A stretch of DNA of 64,000 bases from a virus. The position numbers and the translations under genes are program-made. Shown piece by piece: positions 54,553-62,750 of this stretch. The notes under the pieces were generated by a model that ran no database searches, had not been told where the DNA came from, and saw nothing but the letters and a program-made list of their open reading frames with translations. Position 1 is the stretch's first letter. Each line of letters starts with the position of its first letter. The stretch lies in IMG/VR virus record IMGVR_UViG_3300032223_002232, positions 32,001-96,000 of that record; one strand, given 5' to 3'.

Positions 54553-55293
54553 TTATGCTCCTGTTCCAAATATGTCTTCAAAATTTGTTATGAGTGAAGA
54601 TGTTTGTGGTGTTAATGTTCTACCATCATATGCAAAATAATTTGAATTTATTGTGTATATCTTTTTATAAGGATCTCCTATCTTTTTAAAGAACCATCCT
54701 TTAATTGTAAAGCTTGTTTCAGCTGTTATTCTAAATGGTGCTGTTGGTGCTAAATCTTGTGGATAAGCAATAGCAACATTCCCACTCCATAAAACTTCAT
54801 TTCTTAATTCATATGGTATTGACGAATTATGGATGTTCGGTATTTTCCAAGAAATTACAACATATGGATCTGTATATGGTATAAAATTATTTAATATTTG
54901 ATCCATATCTAATTGATACCTTGTAACAATTGTCATATTAACAGTAATATTAATTGGTACTGGTTGTAATATTTTTTTAATTAAAGCTTCTGAATTTGGT
55001 TCTTGATATTCGATATTAAATCCATCATTTTTATTAAAAACACGAGATTGATCTCTTGAAATGCCGCCAATGGTAACAGCAACAACTGGAACTGTTAAAC
55101 CACCCGGTGCTGGATTTTTTAAACTATTATAAACTCTTTGTTTTGGAGAATAAACATATAAAACTTTAAACCCACTTGTTGGCGCAACAATTGTATTACT
55201 ATGATCATATCTTTTTATGACAATATCATTAAATGCACCAATAAATTGTTCTAAAAGTGTTTGGGTCTCAAACCCAAATGTATAATTTTTCAT
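54553..55293 (-). CDS. gp15: Tail sheath stabilizer/terminator
   Basis: FIGAFNDIVIKR, QPVPINI, DQILNNFIPY and SFTIKGW. Confidence 0.85.
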   Translation of the reverse strand: MKNYTFGFETQTLLEQFIGAFNDIVIKRYDHSNTIVAPTSGFKVLYVYSPKQRVYNSLKNPAPGGLTVPVVAVTIGGISRDQSRVFNKNDGFNIEYQEPNSEALIKKILQPVPINITVNMTIVTRYQLDMDQILNNFIPYTDPYVVISWKIPNIHNSSIPYELRNEVLWSGNVAIAYPQDLAPTAPFRITAETSFTIKGWFFKKIGDPYKKIYTINSNYFAYDGRTLTPQTSSLITNFEDIFGTGA

Positions 55294-55299
55294 CCGTTA

Positions 55300-55542
55300 T
55301 TACTTATTAGGTAATAATGTCTTTATATAATCAAAATCAATAACTTTTCGCACACAATTACAAAGTTCGTATGCTAAAGTATTGGTATCTCTACCGAAAT
55401 ACCCTCTATTTAAACATGTTTTACACTTTTTAGGATGTTCTTTTAATGGAACTTGACCAATATCAAGTAATTTTATATCATCAACTGGTACGGTGTAGTA
55501 TGTACCCGAAAATACGCTATATATCAATTTTTCCGCTTGCAT
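55300..55542 (-). CDS. Small Zn-finger-like protein
   Basis: CKTC..RGY...CNC. Confidence 0.65.
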   Translation of the reverse strand: MQAEKLIYSVFSGTYYTVPVDDIKLLDIGQVPLKEHPKKCKTCLNRGYFGRDTNTLAYELCNCVRKVIDFDYIKTLLPNK

Positions 55543-55885
55543 TTATCAATAATATACTATCCCAGAACTTATTTCCACTTATTTTTTTAGGATATACTAA
55601 TAAATTAGTTTCAATTTCGGGTGCATGTTTAGCTAAAGTTTTAATTCTATAATCAAAATAAATTAAACTCTCATCTTCATGTATTTCAACATCGTAAGGA
55701 ATCGGTAATTCTATTTTTTCTTTACTTTTTTTAGCTGTATCCATTACTAGTGTAATATAAAAGTTTTTTTGATAAAATAATACAACCTTTCCTTGCTTGT
55801 AAGGTTTATTTTTTAATTCTAAAGTAATATTTTTTTGTAAAAGATATTTGCAAGCTTTTTCTATAGTTGTACCATGAATTGTCAT
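55517..55885 (-). CDS. Hypothetical protein
   Basis: 122-aa ORF in a tightly packed operon. Confidence 0.7.
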   Translation of the reverse strand: MTIHGTTIEKACKYLLQKNITLELKNKPYKQGKVVLFYQKNFYITLVMDTAKKSKEKIELPIPYDVEIHEDESLIYFDYRIKTLAKHAPEIETNLLVYPKKISGNKFWDSILLINASGKIDI

Positions 55886-55886
55886 A

Positions 55887-56339
55887 TTAATCGTTTATAT
55901 ACTGCATTCTTTGTGCAAGTGTCATTGGTTTTATTGCTTTATCAAAATAATCAATAAAATCTTGAACTGGTTCTGCTGGCATAGTATATGGTGGTGGCAT
56001 TATATATGCAGCCTTTACTGGAACGTTTCTCCAATCTTGTCTAAAAATATCCCAAACTGTAACCAATCCCTTTGCTTTTGCATTATATGGTGGGGATTGT
56101 GTCGGTGGTTTAAATTTTAATGTAATTTTACCAAATTCAGAATTTAAAAGTATTGGATTTAAAGTACATAACATTCTTCTTGTTACACCTTTGTATTTGT
56201 TTAAATTACCTCTTGGATTAAAAACAAGTTCAACCACATTTTTTTGACATAATTTAAAAAAATTATCAACACTATATGTTTGTGAAACATATATTGGTTT
56301 AGGAGGTGTTTTTTGTGGTGCAACCTTTTGTGTAGGCAT
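55887..56339 (-). CDS. SH3/Sm-like beta-barrel protein (WYL_2/DUF2693-like)
   Basis: VVELVF...RRMLCTL...VWDI..QDWRN pattern. Confidence 0.6.
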   Translation of the reverse strand: MPTQKVAPQKTPPKPIYVSQTYSVDNFFKLCQKNVVELVFNPRGNLNKYKGVTRRMLCTLNPILLNSEFGKITLKFKPPTQSPPYNAKAKGLVTVWDIFRQDWRNVPVKAAYIMPPPYTMPAEPVQDFIDYFDKAIKPMTLAQRMQYIND

Positions 56340-56342
56340 TTA

Positions 56343-56723
56343 TTATTTTTCTTCCTCGCAAACACCAAATATTCTTGATTCATTCAAGAATACTATGTGC
56401 TTTAAATCATTAAGATTTGCAACTTGAATACCTTTGTCATTTGGGAAAACAACAATATCACCCTTCTTAACAGTTTTGCAATCAGGTCCAGCTAAAACAA
56501 CTTTAGCCAACCTCCATGTAAAATTAACAGCATTAATTGGAACCCAAATATTGCCTCTTTTAATTTCCGTACCATCATCATTAAGGTCAATAAATTGACA
56601 CATTAAGATATCATCTAAAACTTTTTTAAGTTTCCAACCTTCAAGGTTAAAACTACTTCCTTGATAATTATCGATTTGAACTTTGCCGCCAATGCGGTCT
56701 TCTTGTGGAGGTCTAGGTATCAT
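56343..56723 (-). CDS. GroES-like co-chaperonin
   Basis: VLDDILM, AKVVLAGP..KTVKKGDIVVF and FLNESRIFGV. Confidence 0.8.
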   Translation of the reverse strand: MIPRPPQEDRIGGKVQIDNYQGSSFNLEGWKLKKVLDDILMCQFIDLNDDGTEIKRGNIWVPINAVNFTWRLAKVVLAGPDCKTVKKGDIVVFPNDKGIQVANLNDLKHIVFLNESRIFGVCEEEK

Positions 56724-56731
56724 ATTTGCAT

Positions 56732-57103
56732 TTATTTAGTACTAATACTAAATTCTGCAAGTGCATCTTTAAAAAAATCTATTTCTCTTTGAGAACATTC
56801 CATTAATGATGCCATATTAACATCTTCATCGTGTTCTTTTTCTTTAACTTTCTTTTTTATATAAACTAATCTCTTATTGTATTTAGGTAATAATAATCTA
56901 TAAAACTCTTCTATATTAAATTCAGGAACTTGCCTACACCATTTGTTAGTTGTGAGATTTATAATTCTACAAAAACCACTATTAGCCATTGATAACCACC
57001 TATTAACTAAAAATATAGGTGGTTTGTAATTTTTGGGTGGTTGATTTTTGTTCTTTAAAACATAATCAATAAACTCAAATAAACTATTATCTTTATATTT
57101 CAC
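56732..57103 (-). CDS. gp62: Clamp loader small subunit (gp62-like)
   Basis: LFEFID.VL..K, Y.P.FLVNRWLSM and YIKK resemble gp62. Confidence 0.65.
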   Translation of the reverse strand: MKYKDNSLFEFIDYVLKNKNQPPKNYKPPIFLVNRWLSMANSGFCRIINLTTNKWCRQVPEFNIEEFYRLLLPKYNKRLVYIKKKVKEKEHDEDVNMASLMECSQREIDFFKDALAEFSISTK

Positions 57104-57777
57104 TTTTTATAAAACTTCTTAAAAATTTCAGCACTTTGATGCCATTCTGGTGAATTCATACTATCACCAAGACCAAAATGCGTCAACTTAATTGGAGCAA
57201 CACCTATTTTAAGCTTGTTTTCATTAGCTCTTAAACAAAATGTTATGTCATAATGATGAAATCCAAACTTTTCATCAAAGAATGTGTTTGTATCAATTAA
57301 TTTTGCAACATTAACTGCTATAAAAAGACCATCAATCACCAATGCTCTTGAATCTGTTAACCCAAAAATAGAAGTCCATACGTTTTTACCACTTGAATGT
57401 GCAACTTCACCTACATGATTATCTCTACTGGACATTAAATGCCATGCTGGAACTTGTGCAGATAAATCGCAAGTAGTTGCACCAGCTAAACCTACAATAT
57501 CATATTTTTCAAAAGCTATATTAAGTTTTTCTTCAAGAAAAAGATCATCAATTAATACATCATCATGTACAAATATTAATTTTTTATCTCTGTTAGCTAA
57601 TGTAAAGAATGAATTATACACAATAGGAAGACCTTTTGTATTTTCATACACAATTTCACATGAATTTGTATAACCAGCTTTTTCTAAAAAAAGCCCAATT
57701 TGAGACTTTTCCCAGAAATCATTATGATTATATTGAGTTGCTACTATAAATTTATAATTATTTGGTGATTTAGACAT
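57100..57777 (-). CDS. GT-A fold (GT2-like) glycosyltransferase
   Basis: GLPIVYN, IFVHDDV (DxD-like), VIDGLFIA, FDEKFGFHHYD and H.GLG. Likely start MSKSP at 57777. Confidence 0.8.
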   Translation of the reverse strand: MSKSPNNYKFIVATQYNHNDFWEKSQIGLFLEKAGYTNSCEIVYENTKGLPIVYNSFFTLANRDKKLIFVHDDVLIDDLFLEEKLNIAFEKYDIVGLAGATTCDLSAQVPAWHLMSSRDNHVGEVAHSSGKNVWTSIFGLTDSRALVIDGLFIAVNVAKLIDTNTFFDEKFGFHHYDITFCLRANENKLKIGVAPIKLTHFGLGDSMNSPEWHQSAEIFKKFYKK

Positions 57778-57800
57778 GTTTAAGAGTAAATATATCATAT

Positions 57801-58424
57801 ATGGCAACGAAATCAAATAAGAAAATCAATAAAAGTGGTAAAATTGCTGAACCACCTAAGAGATTTAAGGATAAATCTACAGAAAAAGCTGTTGAAAAGG
57901 TGAAACGTCTTTCAGCAGGATTAGATGAATCTCATAAGCCATTTGCAGCAAGATTTTTATTCTCTCTTATTAAAGAACAAGATGAGGCTCCAATTGAAGC
58001 TGAACCAGTTGAAGATGAAGGTGCTGAAATGAGTGATGCAAAGTCACCAGAAGATTTTACACCAGAAGGTGATAGAGAAGCTTTTGATCAATCTTTAGAA
58101 CCACAAACCGATCCAAATCAATTTGAAACTGAAGGTGTTCCACCAGAAATGACATCTGATACAATTAATCAGATTCAAGAATGGTCTGGTAAACTTAATG
58201 AATTTGCTGAGTTCTTGAACGATCCGACAACAAATTCACTTCACAAAATTCTTGCTGATGGTGATAGAGCAGGTAGTCTTCTCCGTGGTGTAACTCGTAA
58301 AGCTTCTGATTCAATCACTCGTATTGCTGGTGAAGTTGAAAAGCTTAAAGAAATTCTTAATACATATATCATCACAGCACCTAAGAAGATGCGTGATACT
58401 GAACAGTTAAGAGCTGGTAGTTAA
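57801..58424 (+). CDS. Hypothetical late protein with basic N-terminus and acidic middle
   Basis: 207 aa with GTAAATA 8 nt upstream. Confidence 0.8.
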   Translation: MATKSNKKINKSGKIAEPPKRFKDKSTEKAVEKVKRLSAGLDESHKPFAARFLFSLIKEQDEAPIEAEPVEDEGAEMSDAKSPEDFTPEGDREAFDQSLEPQTDPNQFETEGVPPEMTSDTINQIQEWSGKLNEFAEFLNDPTTNSLHKILADGDRAGSLLRGVTRKASDSITRIAGEVEKLKEILNTYIITAPKKMRDTEQLRAGS

Positions 58425-58426
58425 TC

Positions 58427-58690
58427 ATGAAAGATAAAGATCAAATTCTTTTAGAAAAAACTTATGATGATGAAATAAGAGATCACACAAGATTTCATCA
58501 CAAACCAATGCCTAAAGATTGGGACAAAGGTTTTGAATACCCAATAAAAATAGGTGCTAATGGTCATGAAGTACCATTTCAAAAAGATAATAATTGGTAT
58601 TTAAGAGTTTGGAATGCCAAAACTAAAAAACATTATCTATATTCCTATTCGGAAGATATGTATTACCCCGATACGCATTTCATGGGTTAA
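58427..58690 (+). CDS. Hypothetical protein
   Basis: 87 aa starting MKDKDQILLE, 2 nt after the upstream stop. Confidence 0.7.
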   Translation: MKDKDQILLEKTYDDEIRDHTRFHHKPMPKDWDKGFEYPIKIGANGHEVPFQKDNNWYLRVWNAKTKKHYLYSYSEDMYYPDTHFMG

Positions 58691-59646
58691 ACAAAATTAC
58701 TAGTTATAATTTTGTAATCCACTTCATCTAATCTTTTATCAACGCACATGTCGTTGAAATCTTTATAAGGCATATTAGAATCCCAAAGAAATATTTGTTC
58801 TCCTTGGCTTACTAATTCTCTTGTTTTCCTATTAGCAGTCTCATCAAACTTTGGATTATCTAAAACCCAAATCCTTCTATGAAAAGGAAATTCTGCAAAT
58901 TGCATCATTTGCTTTTCTGAAATAGATAACCCAGCAAGACTAACTCCGTTACGGACAAACATTGAATCTATTGGACCCTCAAACATGAAAATATATGGTA
59001 TGTCATTTGTGACCCTATCAATACCAAATACAGTTTTATCAGATCCAAATTTACCAAGGTATCTTGGTTGTGAGTGATCCATAGCTCTAGTCTGATAGAA
59101 AGCTACTTTTTTATTTCTATCATAAAATGGTATACATAATCTATTTTTGTGTGTAAAATCAGTTAAACTTATAAAAAGATTAGGAGACTTATTTACCGCA
59201 GTATGCAATCTTCTTTGCTTAACATATTCCAATGCTTTATAAAAAGAACCATTCTTGGAATAAAACTGTTGCTGGATATCATCAAATAAATTTATTGAAT
59301 CGTGTGGCAAATCTGGTACTTCTTTATATCTAACAAATTCTGTATGAGATTTATTAGATACATCCGTTGAAAATGTATTACTGCTAATTTCTTCATCCAA
59401 TTCATCTTTAGTTATGTTACAAACACTGGTAATCCAAGAATAAGCAGACCATGTTTTAGAACAGTTAAAACAATGGAATGTATTTGTCTTTGGATAAAAA
59501 AATAATCTTTTCTTTTTACCAAAACTTTTACCTTCTTTACAAACAGGACAAGCAGCATTATAAGTTCCATCATGTTTCCTGAATACAGGATCTATAGCAT
59601 GACTATAAAACTTATTTAAAATATAGCTTTCGGGTATTTTACTCAC
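58687..59646 (-). CDS. gp61: DNA primase
   Basis: Zn motif CPVC...FHCFNC, RLCIPF, YQTR, TOPRIM FEGPIDSMF, VLDN and KDFNDM. Likely start is GTG 59646. Confidence 0.93.
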   Translation of the reverse strand: MSKIPESYILNKFYSHAIDPVFRKHDGTYNAACPVCKEGKSFGKKKRLFFYPKTNTFHCFNCSKTWSAYSWITSVCNITKDELDEEISSNTFSTDVSNKSHTEFVRYKEVPDLPHDSINLFDDIQQQFYSKNGSFYKALEYVKQRRLHTAVNKSPNLFISLTDFTHKNRLCIPFYDRNKKVAFYQTRAMDHSQPRYLGKFGSDKTVFGIDRVTNDIPYIFMFEGPIDSMFVRNGVSLAGLSISEKQMMQFAEFPFHRRIWVLDNPKFDETANRKTRELVSQGEQIFLWDSNMPYKDFNDMCVDKRLDEVDYKIITSNFV

Positions 59647-59681
59647 AACCAAATCTTATCATGCTTGTGATAAGATGTCAA
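59647..59681 (-). promoter_or_regulatory. Sigma70-type primase promoter containing a 9-bp inverted repeat
   Basis: TTGACA-17-TAAGAT-6-GTG, with ATCTTATCA-N6-TGATAAGAT at 59653-59676. Confidence 0.75.
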
Positions 59682-59682
59682 T

Positions 59683-60366
59683 TTACAAATGACCCATGTC
59701 CTTTTGGATATCTTTAAGAGTTTGCTCCGATGCTGGTAAGATTTCATTAAGAAGACTTTGATCTTCACCATATCCCTTACCATCTTCCATAATATAAAAT
59801 CCTGTCATTGCAACCCTTTCTTCGGGACTACCAAAAATCTCAATAACTGCTGGTGAATCATCTTTAGGAAAAATTCTACCATCACCTTTATGATAAGTCT
59901 CTTGAAATGCTTTAAAAATAAAATCGATTTCTTCTCTGAATATAGGATCAATATCCCTAAATCCATCATCCTTAATATCTACAGGTGATACTTTTGTTAT
60001 TGGTAAGAAAAACAAAACATCATAAAGTCTTAATGTTTCTCTAACTAATATTCTTTGCTGATCTAATAGTTCATCAGATAATTTACCTTTTAAATTAAGC
60101 CAAGATGAATATGCAAGGCAATCTAAAACAGAACGATCAAATATTACGTTATCTTCTTTTGAATACTGTGTAACTTGATCAATTAAAAAATTTAATATTA
60201 CAACTTGAGTATCTGATGTTGCATTTGCACTGTGTGGTAGATTTTTTTCTTTAAGAATATCCCTGTAAGACTTATCAGGAGTCGTATACATAGGCCATTT
60301 CTTTAAGAAATCCTTTATATAAGTTGATTTACCAACGCATTGAGTTCCAATTACAGCTATTTTCAT
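59683..60366 (-). CDS. P-loop kinase (AAA_28/nucleotide kinase-like)
   Basis: KIAVIGTQCVGKST, IFDRSVLD and DDGFRD. Confidence 0.8.
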   Translation of the reverse strand: MKIAVIGTQCVGKSTYIKDFLKKWPMYTTPDKSYRDILKEKNLPHSANATSDTQVVILNFLIDQVTQYSKEDNVIFDRSVLDCLAYSSWLNLKGKLSDELLDQQRILVRETLRLYDVLFFLPITKVSPVDIKDDGFRDIDPIFREEIDFIFKAFQETYHKGDGRIFPKDDSPAVIEIFGSPEERVAMTGFYIMEDGKGYGEDQSLLNEILPASEQTLKDIQKDMGHL

Positions 60367-60370
60367 ACTA

Positions 60371-60676
60371 CTATATATCGCTAGTGATGTGTTTTTCCAT
60401 TTTTAAATCTTTAGTTATTTCAGGAAAGTATTTTTTAATTTCATTTGAATGCTCATCATGAAATTCTGTATCTTTACTCTCATACAAATAAACATTTTCT
60501 AAAACTATTTCAGGGAAACATTTCCTTATCTTTTGTGCAACTTCAAATGCTAATAAAACATTTTCTTTATACCAATCAGCACATACATCAGTTGATGATG
60601 AAAATAATAATGATTCTAAAATGATTGCTATTTCCTTTTTAGAAAGTGAATTTAAACTATATGATTGATTGTTCAT
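60371..60676 (-). CDS. Hypothetical protein
   Basis: Likely start MNNQ at 60676, preceded by TTGATT-16-TAAAAT-7-ATG. Confidence 0.7.
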   Translation of the reverse strand: MNNQSYSLNSLSKKEIAIILESLLFSSSTDVCADWYKENVLLAFEVAQKIRKCFPEIVLENVYLYESKDTEFHDEHSNEIKKYFPEITKDLKMEKHITSDI

Positions 60677-60720
60677 GTTTATTATTTTACTAATAAACCA
60701 GAACAAATCAAATATTATTT

Positions 60721-61152
60721 TTAACCAGTTGGGAAAGTGCCACCATCTGCTGGTGCATTTAAATCTTCAACTGGAACTTCAGAACTTTCTTGATTTGGAT
60801 CAACTATACCACTCAAAGCTTGAACAACTTTCTTTATATCTTCATCTTTGTTGGGATCTATCTTACCTAATGAATTTAACTTTTTTGCTAAAGCATCAGA
60901 TTCACCTAAATTTTTTTGTAAATATTCAGCTAAAAATTTAACCATGTTTACAATTTGATCATTTGTAACAATATGAGTTGGATCTGATGATGGTTCTGGT
61001 GCTATTTCTGGACCAGCATTTTCTGGCGTTGCATCAGTTAAACCTGCTTCTGGTGCGGGTGCGGCGTTTGGATCTACAGGTGCAGGTGGAACTTCACCAG
61101 CTTCTTTTAAGAAAGCTTCAACTTTTTCACAAAGTGCTAAAAATTTACTCAT
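60721..61152 (-). CDS. Hypothetical acidic Pro/Ala-rich late protein
   Basis: Likely start MSKFLAL at 61152, just after GTAAATA. Confidence 0.75.
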   Translation of the reverse strand: MSKFLALCEKVEAFLKEAGEVPPAPVDPNAAPAPEAGLTDATPENAGPEIAPEPSSDPTHIVTNDQIVNMVKFLAEYLQKNLGESDALAKKLNSLGKIDPNKDEDIKKVVQALSGIVDPNQESSEVPVEDLNAPADGGTFPTG

Positions 61153-61230
61153 ATTATATTTACCAGTGTAACCACCAAAAACTGCCACATTCTTCAAATG
61201 CTGCAATTATTTCATTCCATAAATTTTTAA

Positions 61231-61258
61231 TTGACATATTTAATATTTACCATAACAT
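61231..61258 (+). promoter_or_regulatory. Sigma70-type promoter of the bilin cassette
   Basis: TTGACA-16-TAACAT-7-ATG. Confidence 0.65.
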
Positions 61259-61265
61259 ATAGTAT

Positions 61266-61808
61266 ATGACATTTCAAGAAAAACTTAAAAGTGAAACAAG
61301 AATAAATCACGATGCTACTGAACAGCATCCTTTCAATGAAATTTTAATGAAAGGTGAACTTGATGATCAAAAATATTATCTTTATCTCAAGAACATCGTA
61401 ACCGTTTATGATTATGTTGAAAAAAGATTAGGTCTTAAAGGTGAACTCATTCGTTCTTCATTAATTTATAATGATATCATGGCTTATTGTAAATCTGGAT
61501 GTTATTATGATTGTAACGATTACTTTGTACATGATTGGGTTGAAACCCTTGCTCAAAAATCAGATAAGGCACTTCTTTCTGAGCTTTATGTCGAATGGCT
61601 TAAAGATGTTTATGGTGGTCAGATCATTTCAAAGAAAGTAAAGTATAACAGTCATCTTAAATTTAATGATACAAAGAATACTGCTCTTGCTGTTAGATCT
61701 TTGTTAAACATTTCAGCTGAAGAAGAAAAGAATTTTATCTTTGAAGTCAATCGTACATATGTTAATCATTACAAGTTAATGGATGACATCATGTACAAAT
61801 CAAAATGA
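61266..61808 (+). CDS. hemO: Heme oxygenase
   Basis: LKSETRINHDATEQHPF (proximal His15), Y..YL.N...VY..VE and distal-helix DVYGGQII; coupled to a bilin reductase. Confidence 0.85.
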   Translation: MTFQEKLKSETRINHDATEQHPFNEILMKGELDDQKYYLYLKNIVTVYDYVEKRLGLKGELIRSSLIYNDIMAYCKSGCYYDCNDYFVHDWVETLAQKSDKALLSELYVEWLKDVYGGQIISKKVKYNSHLKFNDTKNTALAVRSLLNISAEEEKNFIFEVNRTYVNHYKLMDDIMYKSK

Positions 61809-62482
61809 TTGAAACTCTTTACAATGAATATCAAAAGCTTGCTAAACAAAGCTTCCAAAATATTTCACTTCATGGTAACCATGATAACAAGGATATTATA
61901 TGGTATAATGATCTTTACTTGTCTCCTAGCGTTAGGTATGGGCATGTGGAATACTTTAAAGCCCAAGGAAGAGTGGAAGTACTCCATGCAGTATTTTACC
62001 CTTCCTTCTTCAAGCCTATTCCGATATTCGGTTTCGATATTATTGCCCTCGGAGGCAAAGTAACTGGTTTGTTTTGTGATTTTACTCGTGCTCCTTTTCA
62101 AATAGAAGCTTTATCTCGTTCTTTAAAAGATTTAAAACACAAATATAAAGATAATTTAAGGACAATACCTGAATGGGCTAATTTCTTTTCTGAAGATTTT
62201 GTTTGTATTAACCCGAATGGTCTTAATGAAAAAGAATTAATAGAAGATTTTTCAGGTATATTCAGGTGTTTTATCGGGTATAGTAATTGGGAGGACTATA
62301 CTGGCAAATATAATAAAATGGAAGACGTTAAAATGTCTATTGAATGTCAAAATTCATATTCTATAAATCAACGTAAGAATGATAAGACATCAAAAGCTCT
62401 TACTGCATATATTGGAGAAGATAAAGCCAAAGAATTTATAGAGAATGTATTGTTTCCTGTATATAGGGAATATACCTTTTAA
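61805..62482 (+). CDS. pcyA: Ferredoxin-dependent bilin reductase, PcyA/PcyX-like
   Basis: RYGHVE, VLHAVFYP, PIFGFDII, R.IPEWANFFS and QRKNDKT..L...G...A..FIENVLF align by eye with PcyA. Confidence 0.85.
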   Translation: MIETLYNEYQKLAKQSFQNISLHGNHDNKDIIWYNDLYLSPSVRYGHVEYFKAQGRVEVLHAVFYPSFFKPIPIFGFDIIALGGKVTGLFCDFTRAPFQIEALSRSLKDLKHKYKDNLRTIPEWANFFSEDFVCINPNGLNEKELIEDFSGIFRCFIGYSNWEDYTGKYNKMEDVKMSIECQNSYSINQRKNDKTSKALTAYIGEDKAKEFIENVLFPVYREYTF

Positions 62483-62742
62483 GCTGGTATAACTTTTAGT
62501 ACACCATTTAATAAAACCTTTTTATACATTTTACCATCTTTTTTACTTTTAAATGGAAAATATGCTTTAATCATATTTTCTTCATCATGTGATAGAGCAG
62601 CACCATTATCTTTTGCTCTTTTTAAACGTTGCATATCACTATCAGATAAACCTGTAAATCTAAGAATTTCTTCTGGTGCTAAATTCCAATAATTTATATT
62701 TTCTTTTAATATTTTATTAAAAGTGATATCAAATTTAGTCAT
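62479..62742 (-). CDS. Hypothetical late protein
   Basis: Likely start MTKFDITFNKILKE at 62742, after GTAAATA. Confidence 0.7.
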   Translation of the reverse strand: MTKFDITFNKILKENINYWNLAPEEILRFTGLSDSDMQRLKRAKDNGAALSHDEENMIKAYFPFKSKKDGKMYKKVLLNGVLKVIPA

Positions 62743-62750
62743 AGTATTAT

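Noticed and set aside
61809-62101. Alternative-frame ORFs inside the bilin reductase
   Set aside because: They fully overlap a well-supported gene and show no recognisable motifs.
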